A stretch of 64,000 nt of DNA, taken from the IMG/VR virus record IMGVR_UViG_3300014204_000143; one strand, 5' to 3'. Shown here in pieces: positions 40,988 to 48,772 of this stretch. The position numbers and the translations under genes are program-made. The DNA is from a virus (lineage: Duplodnaviria; Heunggongvirae; Uroviricota; Caudoviricetes). Every line of letters begins with the position of its first letter. Positions within the stretch are counted from its first letter, which is position 1. A model generated the notes under the pieces. The model did not search any database and was not told the DNA's origin. It saw nothing but the letters and a program-made list of their open reading frames with translations.

Positions 40988-41146
40988 TTACTGGTAAATT
41001 TTTTAAAAACCTATCCAATATAAGCACGGGTCTGACCATTCATAAATTTCAGGAACTCTTTATATTTTTTATTACCCTCACGCTTACCGAGAAGAGTTCT
41101 AAATGTATCTGCAATACAGTCGAAAGGGATTACAGAAACGAAGTCT

Positions 41147-41758
41147 TTAATTGTTATTTTTTTTGTCATTTAATTTAACGTTATTTTTAGTTATATCACT
41201 TACAATTTTTATTGTTCCGTCTGGTAACATTACTTCGTCACCAACTTTAAATAAATAAACGTATCCATATTCCTTAACTATCTCTTGTTTAAAAATATTA
41301 TGTATAAAATTTTTAATGTCTTGAGATGTTTTTTTGTCTATTATTTTTCCTTTTCCAAAAAGTATCAATTCGGGTATTACAAAGTCTCCAAACATTTCAT
41401 CAAATTGTTTTTCCCAATTTGTATTTATAAAATACTCCCAATAACCCAGCCTCTGACCTTCTTCTCGCCATTGTGAGACTCCTTGGGGGATGTTAACTTC
41501 TTTAATACCATCTCCTTTATAGCACATAACATCCTTAATTTCAAAACAATCAGTGCAATAATTTCCATAATCTGTTTCAAACCAAGTCTCCATACATTCG
41601 CTATTAAAATCACATAACATTTTACCGCATTTATCACAATAGATTCCATCGTTTCCACTTTCTTTAAGTTTTTTTAATAACTCACTATCTGGATGTAATT
41701 CATCAGAAATATGGCTATGAATTATTGGTTCTTTATATGAATATTCTTTTTCAGTCAT
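41147..41758 (-). CDS. Cys-rich hypothetical protein
   Basis: 203 aa with multiple CxxC motifs (CDKCGKMLCD..., CTDC...). Confidence 0.35.
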   Translation of the reverse strand: MTEKEYSYKEPIIHSHISDELHPDSELLKKLKESGNDGIYCDKCGKMLCDFNSECMETWFETDYGNYCTDCFEIKDVMCYKGDGIKEVNIPQGVSQWREEGQRLGYWEYFINTNWEKQFDEMFGDFVIPELILFGKGKIIDKKTSQDIKNFIHNIFKQEIVKEYGYVYLFKVGDEVMLPDGTIKIVSDITKNNVKLNDKKNNN

Positions 41759-42593
41759 TTTAGCATTAAATTATTTATTATTAAATATTTTGAAAGTAAA
41801 GATTGCTCCTGTTATAAACATACATAATCCTAATATAACAAAAGAGATAACTCTATTTATCATTCCATAATCAAACAAACAAAACCCAGTATAAAGGAAA
41901 GATGGAGTAAGAAGTACATATATAATTTCAAGAACCAACATAACTGTATCCTTTATCATTTTAATAAGTTTAAATTAGTTAGTTCACTCTCAAGAATATC
42001 ACACAAACAACTCAAGGCTTCTAAATCACAGAGTTTATCTTTTTTATAGTCTTTGAGGATTCTTTTAAAGATTGAATACCTTTTAACCACTCTTTTATTT
42101 ATTTCTTTTTCGGTCATTTTAGTATTGTTAACTTATTTAAGAATAATATTATTTAATTTCTTTTCAACACCTATCCAGTCGTCTTCGCCATAATCGCAAC
42201 TATCAATCCATTCAATATCGTGACAAATATCTGCCATAAGATTAAGTATTTTTGCAACTTTTTTTCTAGATTCACGATGTTTATCTCTTTCTGGTTTTTT
42301 ATAAAAGCTATCGGCAATATCGTTTAATTTTGAATATGCGTAATCGTGTGAACCTCCTGACATAGTTTTTTAGTTTAATATTGTTAAATTTATAAATTGT
42401 TTGCTTTATTCTTCTAAAAGTTTTACATATTCTTCAAAAGATAATTTCGGATATACTGGCTTTTCAAATAATTCTTTCATAAAATTATTAAGAGTTCCTT
42501 GTGTTAAATACTTTTCATTTTCAATCTTTTCTATTTGTTCAATATCTTTTGATATACTATCTTCAAGGGCTTCGCATATAAGTTTTTCTATAC

Positions 42594-43025
42594 TCATTTT
42601 AAAATCGTTAAATTTATAAATTGTTTCCCGAACTCTTTTGCCCGTAAATAGTCTTCTTCGGTATCACCGCCGTATAAATCGAATCGTCCGTCATTTTCTG
42701 GGGCGGTTCTGTCATCACAGAAGTAGGTTTTACCTCTGATAATGACCACAGATCCGAGTTCATACCTTCTCGGACAAGCGACTGAGTGATTACTTCGGGG
42801 TGACTGTCCCATAGCGTTGATGCAAGTCTTGTTAGGGCAAGTCTCAAGTTTTGAATACATTGTAACATAGGCGTTTATACTTTCAAATTTTAAGTTATTA
42901 GTGACTTTAGGGATTGGCATTGCTAGTGGGTCTGGATAACACTCTTTAAATTCTTTTAAGAAAAACAATGATGTGAAAAGTAGGATATTGGTCATTGTTA
43001 GGATCAGGATGATGTAGTATTTCAT
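42594..43025 (-). CDS. Secreted 3D-domain / lytic-transglycosylase-like cell-wall hydrolase (start moved to MKYYIILIL...)
   Basis: N-terminal signal/TM helix. C-terminal ...VACPRRYELGSVVIIRGKTYFCDDRTAPENDGRFDLYGG resembles the 3D (MltA-like) domain. The annotated N-terminal MVNSHLRNK is a translation of the upstream repeat element. Confidence 0.5.
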   Translation of the reverse strand: MKYYIILILTMTNILLFTSLFFLKEFKECYPDPLAMPIPKVTNNLKFESINAYVTMYSKLETCPNKTCINAMGQSPRSNHSVACPRRYELGSVVIIRGKTYFCDDRTAPENDGRFDLYGGDTEEDYLRAKEFGKQFINLTILK

Positions 43026-43032
43026 TTTATTT

Positions 43033-43080
43033 CTTAGATGGCTATTTACCATCGGTTAATTTATTATTTTATCAGCGATT
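43033..43080 (-). promoter_or_regulatory. Family-D element copy 1 (TTAACCGATGGTAAATAGCCATCTAAG... on the minus strand), ending 8 nt before ATG 43025
   Basis: One of four copies at 43033, 43365, 43501 and 44009. Contains the palindrome GATGG-N7-CCATC. Confidence 0.45.
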
Positions 43081-43358
43081 TTTAATAATCTTTCGATTTC
43101 TTGCTCTGATTGTTTTATGTTTTGTTTTTCTTGTTCGATCCCTTCAAATATTTCATTGGGGGACATATAATCAGCAAAGTCATTTTTTATCACGCACCTT
43201 GGGGAGGGTGGGTTGATAATCTGGTGAGGTGCGTAATTTTTGTTATATTCTTTCCAAGATGTCTTAAAGTCGCAACGAGCACATTCAGCAACTAAACTAT
43301 GTAGGATTATATGATAACCACATCTGGGACATTCACCACTTTTTAGTTCTTCTTTCAT
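43056..43358 (-). CDS. Small Zn-ribbon / coiled-coil protein, paralogue of 44032..44229
   Basis: CPRCGY...CARC, and C-terminal IERLLKIADKIIN versus IEKLLSIADKIIN in the paralogue. Confidence 0.4.
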   Translation of the reverse strand: MKEELKSGECPRCGYHIILHSLVAECARCDFKTSWKEYNKNYAPHQIINPPSPRCVIKNDFADYMSPNEIFEGIEQEKQNIKQSEQEIERLLKIADKIIN

Positions 43359-43364
43359 ATATTT

Positions 43365-43380
43365 CTTAGATGGCTATTTA
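43365..43380 (-). promoter_or_regulatory. Family-D element copy 2 (truncated: TAAATAGCCATCTAAGAAATAT), ending 6 nt before ATG 43358
   Basis: Lacks the left palindrome arm but keeps the ATG-proximal core. Confidence 0.4.
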
Positions 43381-43391
43381 ATAATTTGGTA

Positions 43392-43494
43392 ATGTTGATA
43401 ATTTAATTCTCATTTGTAATTCTGTTTCAAATGTGTAAAAAATTACACCACCTATTGTTATTACATATCCTAAAATTAAATCTTCTGTTTTCAT
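43392..43494 (-). CDS. Unlisted mini-ORF (~33 aa, hydrophobic) just downstream of element copy 3
   Basis: ATG at 43494 (minus): MKTEDLILGYVITIGGVIFYTFETELQMRIKLS. It sits in the same position relative to the repeat as the other genes. Confidence 0.3.
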
Positions 43495-43500
43495 AATGTT

Positions 43501-43525
43501 TTAGATGGCTATTTACCATCGGTTA
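43501..43525 (-). promoter_or_regulatory. Family-D element copy 3
   Basis: TAACCGATGGTAAATAGCCATCTAAAACATT on the minus strand, then ATG at 43494. Confidence 0.4.
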
Positions 43526-43526
43526 G

Positions 43527-43739
43527 TTAATAAATTGAATAAGGTTTATCTTTATTTCCCCAACCTTTAGGGAAGTTTAACCTTTCTTGTTTAATTTTTT
43601 CTTTCAATTCGTCTTTCCATCTTTTCTCAATATAGCCAAGCATTTCATCTCTAGTGAGCCAATCTGTAGTATAAGCATCAACTACCGTAGACCATTGACG
43701 ATATTTATTATCTTTTTTTCTAAATTTTATACATCTCAT
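43527..43739 (-). CDS. Hypothetical small protein
   Basis: 70-aa ORF. Confidence 0.3.
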   Translation of the reverse strand: MRCIKFRKKDNKYRQWSTVVDAYTTDWLTRDEMLGYIEKRWKDELKEKIKQERLNFPKGWGNKDKPYSIY

Positions 43740-43743
43740 ATAT

Positions 43744-44004
43744 TTATTCTTTAATTAGTTCTTTTAATTTTGATGAAATGGTGTCTATTAATTCCTCTCT
43801 GGTGTTAAATTCGTGAACATTTATATCTTTAATTTCTTCCACAATCATCTTTATAAGTGAGATTTGGCGAGAGGAGATGAATTGTTTAAGATTTTTTCTA
43901 ATTGTTTCGTGTCCTTGTGATTCTGCATCTAATTCATAATCAGGGAATCTATCCTCAAATTCCTTCTTACCTTCCTCTATAAAGTTTTTAATTTTTTCTT
44001 CCAT
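43744..44004 (-). CDS. Hypothetical small protein (start moved to MEEKIKNF)
   Basis: The annotated MVNSHLRY prefix is repeat-derived. The true ATG at 44004 lies 5 nt after element copy 4. Confidence 0.4.
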   Translation of the reverse strand: MEEKIKNFIEEGKKEFEDRFPDYELDAESQGHETIRKNLKQFISSRQISLIKMIVEEIKDINVHEFNTREELIDTISSKLKELIKE

Positions 44005-44008
44005 ATAT

Positions 44009-44065
44009 CTTAGATGGCTATTTACCATCGGTTAATTTATTATTTTATCAGCGATTGATAATAAT
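44009..44065 (-). promoter_or_regulatory. Family-D element copy 4 (extended ~57 bp, identical to copy 1, including the 3' end of the upstream paralogous gene)
   Basis: cttagatggctatttaccatcggttaatttattattttatcagcgatt is shared with 43033-43080. Confidence 0.45.
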
Positions 44066-44229
44066 TTCTCGATTTCTTGATTGGCGGTATCAATTTTCCA
44101 TTTCTCAAGAGTGATTGCCGAATAAATCTCATTGGGCGATTTACAATCACTTTTATTATAAGTAATCTGCTTATCTCTATCTTCTAGATTGATATTGCTA
44201 TATTTTTGGTAAAATTCGTGAAGTTTCAT
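44032..44229 (-). CDS. Small coiled-coil protein, paralogue of 43056..43358
   Basis: C-terminal EIEKLLSIADKIIN. Confidence 0.4.
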   Translation of the reverse strand: MKLHEFYQKYSNINLEDRDKQITYNKSDCKSPNEIYSAITLEKWKIDTANQEIEKLLSIADKIIN

Positions 44230-44231
44230 AA

Positions 44232-44522
44232 TTATTTAGTTAAAAGTTCAGGATTTTCAAAAATCTTTTTTATCTTCTCCATATTATCTAAGTTTATTTT
44301 ATCTTTTAATTTTTCTAATTCATTAAAACTTCTAAGCTTATTGATAAAATCTTTACTCATTTTTTTGGTGACATCTATTGCTCGTAATTCATATACCTTA
44401 CCATTACATTTATTGCAATCGCAAAATAAGTGTGTTTTTCTACTAAAAATATTTGGAATTTCTTCCCAATAATTTCCATTTGGGCAAAATTCATATTTTC
44501 CATTTAAACTAAATCTTTTCAT
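44232..44522 (-). CDS. Small Zn-finger protein
   Basis: CPNGNY...HLFCDCNKCNG. Confidence 0.3.
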   Translation of the reverse strand: MKRFSLNGKYEFCPNGNYWEEIPNIFSRKTHLFCDCNKCNGKVYELRAIDVTKKMSKDFINKLRSFNELEKLKDKINLDNMEKIKKIFENPELLTK

Positions 44523-44803
44523 AATTTTGTTTTAGTTAAAAATTTAATAAACGACTCCCAATGTCTCTGACTTAATAAATCACATTCTTGACTTTCATCG
44601 ACATCGAAAACTTTTAAATTTTCTTTGGTATCTTTATTCATACAATTCTCTTCTAAATACTGAAAAACTTTATGAATAAACGAAAATTCTACTTTTTTAT
44701 TGTCAAAAACTTTCTCGACAGATTTGAATCTTCGTCTTTGTTCCTGACACCAAGCCTCCCATTCGGAGCTGTTAGTGATTGTGTTGTAAAATGATTCGTT
44801 CAT
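44519..44803 (-). CDS. Hypothetical small protein
   Basis: 94-aa ORF with 4-nt overlaps at both ends. Confidence 0.3.
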   Translation of the reverse strand: MNESFYNTITNSSEWEAWCQEQRRRFKSVEKVFDNKKVEFSFIHKVFQYLEENCMNKDTKENLKVFDVDESQECDLLSQRHWESFIKFLTKTKL

Positions 44804-45039
44804 ATTATTTTAATTATTGGCTCTAACTTTTCAATTTTTATAACAGTAGTTTTTTTTCTTAAAAAATCCCAATAATCATTTTTACATACTGCTATTTTAG
44901 CAACACTAACTTCTTTTTTACCACCAACAACGCAAGAATATATTTTTAATACAATACCCATAAATTCTTCTTTTTTATTTCCAAAGCCAGCTGGTAATGT
45001 ATGTATCCATTTTACTCCTTGTCCAACTTTTATTTTCAT
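44800..45039 (-). CDS. Hypothetical small protein
   Basis: 79-aa ORF. Confidence 0.3.
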   Translation of the reverse strand: MKIKVGQGVKWIHTLPAGFGNKKEEFMGIVLKIYSCVVGGKKEVSVAKIAVCKNDYWDFLRKKTTVIKIEKLEPIIKII

Positions 45040-45115
45040 ATTATTTTAATTATTGGCTCGATTATCACTTAGACAGAAAGCCTGAAATCACCTAACGGCT
45101 CTGTTACCAAATTTA

Positions 45116-45313
45116 TTATTGAATTGATTGTATTTCTAAATTAAAGTTTTTTGCAATTCTATATAATGCTACCATCATTACATCCATATCCATTTTAGTT
45201 TCATATTTATCTTCATCTATACAACGCGTAGTCTTATTTTCACTTTTTTGTAATCCTTTTGCAAAATCCCATAATGCTGATACCAATTCTTCTTGTTTAT
45301 TTATATTTTTCAT
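45116..45313 (-). CDS. Hypothetical small protein
   Basis: 65-aa ORF. Confidence 0.25.
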   Translation of the reverse strand: MKNINKQEELVSALWDFAKGLQKSENKTTRCIDEDKYETKMDMDVMMVALYRIAKNFNLEIQSIQ

Positions 45314-45340
45314 AATATTATTTTACTATTTTAATTTATT

Positions 45341-45429
45341 TGGAGGTCTTGGTTGGGAGTCGAACCCAAATACCTTGTATGTGGCTGTTCCTAACCACTA
45401 CGCTCTATCCAAATTGAGCTACCAAGACC
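45341..45429 (-). tRNA. tRNA gene (isotype unresolved, possibly His-like with a G-1 nucleotide). The anticodon region is unusually long.
   Basis: Reverse complement reads G-GTCTTGG TA GCTC AATTTGGATA GAGC ... TTGGG TTCGACT CCCAA CCAAGAC C. There is a perfect 7-bp acceptor stem, a canonical D-arm and a TPsiC arm (GGGTTCGACTCCC). The segment between the D-arm and T-arm is ~9 nt longer than standard. Confidence 0.6.
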
Positions 45430-45465
45430 ACGTTGTCCCAACCAACTTGGCTGAGACAAAGTTGT

Positions 45466-45750
45466 TTATAACTCGATTCTATTTCGTAAATCATCAATAA
45501 TATCATTTATTCTTTCAACGAAATCAATATCTTTTTGGATTTCCTCAGCTAATTTACATTCTCTTACTCCTCTGTCTTCGTGGACATCTTTTAGTGTTTC
45601 TGATGTCAAAACACTTGATAATTGTAATGTCAAAGAAGCAACATTTTCATCTAATCTCTGGAGTTCTTTATCAAAATTTGACATTACTTTTTTGATTTCT
45701 GGTGTTTTGCCAATTTCCTGACCTGTGAAAGTTTGTTCAAAATTTTTCAT
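45466..45750 (-). CDS. Hypothetical protein preceded by a family-C element
   Basis: 94-aa ORF. Element copy at 45758-45787. Confidence 0.35.
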   Translation of the reverse strand: MKNFEQTFTGQEIGKTPEIKKVMSNFDKELQRLDENVASLTLQLSSVLTSETLKDVHEDRGVRECKLAEEIQKDIDFVERINDIIDDLRNRIEL

Positions 45751-45757
45751 ATTTTTT

Positions 45758-45787
45758 TATTTATCCCCTACTTAAATTTGAGAGGCT
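45758..45787 (-). promoter_or_regulatory. Family-C element copy 1 (TTTATCCCCTACTTAAATTTGAGAGGC, degenerate hairpin)
   Basis: Matches 60065-60097 and 60629-60660. Lies 8 nt upstream of ATG 45750. Confidence 0.4.
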
Positions 45788-45825
45788 ATTTTACTATTTT
45801 AATTTTTTGACCGACCATATAAATT

Positions 45826-46521
45826 TTACATACTAATAAATCTACCTAATTTATTTCTTTTTGAATTATATTTTTTAGAAAACACCTTATCTAAGTCTAA
45901 ACATTTTAGTATTCTATATCTAGCTGTTTCATACGGTATATTATATTTTTTTACCCAATACATAAGAGGTTTAGTTATTCCTTTATATGTTATTAGATTA
46001 TTGCATCTTTTATTACTTGCCTGTTCGCTCATTGTTACCCATTGACAATTTTTTTTAGAATAATTACCACTATTATCAATTCTATCTATAGACGTTTTCC
46101 TATCTCCATATTTTTTGGAATGCTTTGTATAACTTTCATACATATCATTTTTAAATTCTTCAAAGTTTTTCCACTCACATTTTATATTCCGTCCACCATA
46201 ATTTTTATAAGATATTGAATTTTTATTACAGGTTCTTGATTTTATAGCATACCATATATTATAAAATCTAGTCTTAGACATATTATGTTTTTTCCATTTG
46301 TATTTTAAACATCCACAACTTTTAGTATTTCCATTTATAAGATATGCTGTCTTTACTATTGCTTTATTTCCACAATCACACTTACAAACCCAATACGCAT
46401 TTCTGTTTTTTATGTGTGAAAATTTTATTGCTGTTAATTTATTAAATTTTTTTCCAGTAATATTTTTAATATTTTTATTCATATTCTTGTTCTTTTTTAT
46501 CTCTAAACAATATCCCCTCAC
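45826..46521 (-). CDS. Cys-rich protein with an HNH_3-like homing-endonuclease signature
   Basis: CKCDCGN...CGC at the N-terminus; ...SIDRIDNSGNYSKKNCQWVTMSEQASNK resembles the H-N-N motif of phage HNH_3 endonucleases. Confidence 0.4.
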   Translation of the reverse strand: MRGYCLEIKKNKNMNKNIKNITGKKFNKLTAIKFSHIKNRNAYWVCKCDCGNKAIVKTAYLINGNTKSCGCLKYKWKKHNMSKTRFYNIWYAIKSRTCNKNSISYKNYGGRNIKCEWKNFEEFKNDMYESYTKHSKKYGDRKTSIDRIDNSGNYSKKNCQWVTMSEQASNKRCNNLITYKGITKPLMYWVKKYNIPYETARYRILKCLDLDKVFSKKYNSKRNKLGRFISM

Positions 46522-46625
46522 CTGTGTCGTTTGCTAATTTTAGTTTGTTCATAGTTTTATTTTTTTTAATTATATCTTTTAAGAAATAAGGATAAAAAGC
46601 GGGTGTTAACATATTTATTTGTTAA

Positions 46626-47003
46626 TTAAAATATTTTTTCTAAAATTACTCTTATCCAATATGACATAAAATATGCACGAAGTTCAGTATCGTCTTTTCC
46701 TAAATCTCTAGCTTTTATCATATTGTCTAAATAATGTTGTAACTCGTGACATAAATAAGCAATACTTTGTGGAGATTTATCAAAGGTTTTTATCCAAATA
46801 AGATTATTATGTTTTCCATTATTATCAACAATAGAAAAACATTGTCCCTGTATATTCTCCCATGAATAAGGAACTACAAACTCCATATCTTTTCTGCCAC
46901 TTTCTTTTTTAAATATTTTAACTATTTCGTCAGCGTGACAATTTATTATAAGATGTAATGAATTTTCAAATAAATCTTTTTCAAAATAATAATAATTTTT
47001 CAT
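46626..47003 (-). CDS. Small HExxH-motif protein (putative Zn-metallopeptidase-like, ImmA/IrrE or SprT-like)
   Basis: LCHELQHYLD contains HExxH. It is the first gene behind promoter copy B2. Confidence 0.35.
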   Translation of the reverse strand: MKNYYYFEKDLFENSLHLIINCHADEIVKIFKKESGRKDMEFVVPYSWENIQGQCFSIVDNNGKHNNLIWIKTFDKSPQSIAYLCHELQHYLDNMIKARDLGKDDTELRAYFMSYWIRVILEKIF

Positions 47004-47028
47004 AAAACTTTGTTAATAACCTATAAAC

Positions 47029-47076
47029 AGTTTAACATACTAAAAACACCTTGTCAAGTGGTAATCTGTGGATAAC
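47029..47076 (-). promoter_or_regulatory. Sigma70-like promoter on the minus strand (TTGACA-17-TAAACT) with an exact DnaA-box 9-mer (TTATCCACA, seen as ctgtggataa on plus) 10 nt upstream of the -35
   Basis: Reverse complement: GTTATCCACAGATTACCACTTGACAAGGTGTTTTTAGTATGTTAAACT. Drives 46626..47003. Confidence 0.55.
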
Positions 47077-47136
47077 TTATAAATCAATTAGTTAAAAACG
47101 AATGTTATACTTAAATTATAATTAAATAAAATCAAA

Positions 47137-47418
47137 ATGGAACAAAATCTTTACAGCACTAGAGACTTAATTGAGGCCGCCTCCTTAATCGCTCTAAAAT
47201 TTCCCATGGTAAATATCGACTACCAGTCAGAAGACACAAAACTTGTCGGTTACTTCGTTTTTGAAGATAGTCCAGAATTACAAGAAATGGTTATCAAATC
47301 TTTATCAAAGCAATTAGCCTTTGAGCCGAGAGAATTTAATAGTATTATTAAAAGTCTCAAAGCTCAATTAGCCAATACAAAAAAAAGTCCGAGTAGTAAA
47401 TATTCGGGGAGCTACTAA
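47137..47418 (+). CDS. Hypothetical protein (first plus-strand gene after the divergence point)
   Basis: 93-aa ORF. Confidence 0.35.
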   Translation: MEQNLYSTRDLIEAASLIALKFPMVNIDYQSEDTKLVGYFVFEDSPELQEMVIKSLSKQLAFEPREFNSIIKSLKAQLANTKKSPSSKYSGSY

Positions 47419-47450
47419 GAAACTCTTTAGTTTTTTTTATTACGTTTGAC

Positions 47451-47497
47451 TTATCCACAGGACATATCTTGACAAGGTGTTTTTGTTGTAGTATAAT
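47451..47497 (+). promoter_or_regulatory. Consensus sigma70 promoter (TTGACA 47469-47474, 17-nt spacer, TATAAT 47492-47497) with an exact DnaA box TTATCCACA (47451-47459) upstream. It drives the tRNA-like locus.
   Basis: Seen directly: ttatccacag gacatatc TTGACA aggtgtttttgttgtag TATAAT. Confidence 0.6.
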
Positions 47498-47643
47498 GGT
47501 AGTGATTTCTTCGAAATCAAAAAAACTATTTCAGTAATCATCCAGTTCTCATACTTCTGGATGGTTATAGTGGGTTAGAAAAGTAGCAATTCGCAAGCCC
47601 CATAAGCTTGAGACACAGGTGCAAATCCTGTACCCGCCACCAA

Positions 47644-47736
47644 GCCACTTAGTAGTTTAATGGTAGAAAAACCAGAGGAAAAACACCCAGCGTAAGCTCG
47701 TGGAGATTGTTGGTTCGAGTCCAACTAGTGGCCCCA
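47644..47736 (+). tRNA. tRNA-like gene (~93 nt incl. encoded CCA). It has a canonical T-arm and acceptor stem, with a long D/anticodon/variable region (type II tRNA, or one carrying an insert).
   Basis: 5' GCCACTT pairs with 3' TAGTGGC (6/7). T-arm GTTGG TTCGAGT CCAAC is canonical, then discriminator C and CCA. The D-loop region AGTTTAATGGTAG contains the conserved GG. The anticodon stem could not be folded confidently by eye. Confidence 0.45.
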
Positions 47737-47834
47737 ATAATTAGGCATAAAAAACATGAAAAAGTTTGTAAAAAGTTCATTGGGTTGTTTTTATATAAGT
47801 TGCGTCATGTCTTCTTAAATGCCTAAACAGCCCA

Positions 47835-48143
47835 GTGATTTTTTTATATAACAAAATAATTATGAATCTAATAGAACACCGCCGACAAATTTATGACACT
47901 ATTGACAACATGTTTCAGGTGACAATGACTCCTGAACAGCTTAAGATTATTTCTAATTGCCTTAAACGTTACGCTATCCACTATTCGGAATCGGCTATCA
48001 AAACGATTCACGAACTGACTGAAGCCTTAGCGTCTAGAAAAGAGTCAAAAAAACAACCAAAACAAGTAAAAAAAGAAATTAAAAGAGTTCCTGTGATGGA
48101 AAAAACACCAGTTTATCCAAGAATAAGGTGTGCTAGATATTAG
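47835..48143 (+). CDS. Hypothetical protein
   Basis: 102-aa ORF (the true start may be the internal MNLIEH). Confidence 0.3.
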   Translation: MIFLYNKIIMNLIEHRRQIYDTIDNMFQVTMTPEQLKIISNCLKRYAIHYSESAIKTIHELTEALASRKESKKQPKQVKKEIKRVPVMEKTPVYPRIRCARY

Positions 48144-48269
48144 GGGTGTCAATCAACGAATGTTATAATTAAAGTGCAGTTGATTAAATACATTTAATTA
48201 TAACGCTTTGAAAAGCTGGTTCAACTGCAAATGTAGCCAGCTACTCATAGCGTTTTTAATTATAAAAAC

Positions 48270-48767
48270 ATGTCGTTAATAGAAGTTAAGACCCTAAATA
48301 AGTATATAATACCAAGTTTTTCTGGAGAAAATAAATATATAATTTATTTTTTAATTAGTAATGAAACCATTGTTTATGTAGGTCAAACAGAGTGTGGTTT
48401 AAGAAGAATTGGCGGACATTTTGGGTTTAAAGATTTTGATAGTTTTACATTTACTCCAGCACCATCAGATAAAAACGAAAGATTAAAATTAGAGGAACAA
48501 TATATTTTAAAATACCAACCAAAGTATAATAAAATAACTGAAAGAAAAACATTAATTTCAAAAGGATATATATCAATTGATTGTGCAATTAAAAAATATT
48601 ATAATAATCTATCTAATAAATTAAAATATAACGATTTCAAGAAATGGTTAATTGGTTTAGAAGTTAGCCTTGACTGTATAAAATTAAAATCTCGTGACGG
48701 GTGGGGCAAAATAGACATCTTTTTTATAAAATCAGAGTTAGAAAAAGAAATTAAAAAATTAATCTAA
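48270..48767 (+). CDS. GIY-YIG nuclease (homing-endonuclease-like)
   Basis: KYIIYFLISNETIVYVGQTECGLRRIGGH...ERLKLEEQYILKYQPKYN carries GIY...YIG, R, E and N in the canonical spacing. Confidence 0.6.
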   Translation: MSLIEVKTLNKYIIPSFSGENKYIIYFLISNETIVYVGQTECGLRRIGGHFGFKDFDSFTFTPAPSDKNERLKLEEQYILKYQPKYNKITERKTLISKGYISIDCAIKKYYNNLSNKLKYNDFKKWLIGLEVSLDCIKLKSRDGWGKIDIFFIKSELEKEIKKLI

Positions 48768-48772
48768 ATAAT

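Noticed and set aside
42594-44028. 'MVNSHLR' N-terminal extensions on ORFs 42594..43052 and 43744..44028
   Set aside because: The identical peptide arises from translating the family-D DNA repeat. In-frame ATGs just downstream give sensible starts (signal peptide; MEEKIKNF).
47565-47642. Possible additional tRNA ending ...ACCCGCC-A-CCA
   Set aside because: A T-arm-like hairpin and CCA are present, but no complementary 5' acceptor strand or D-arm could be found. It is kept only as part of the structured-RNA finding.
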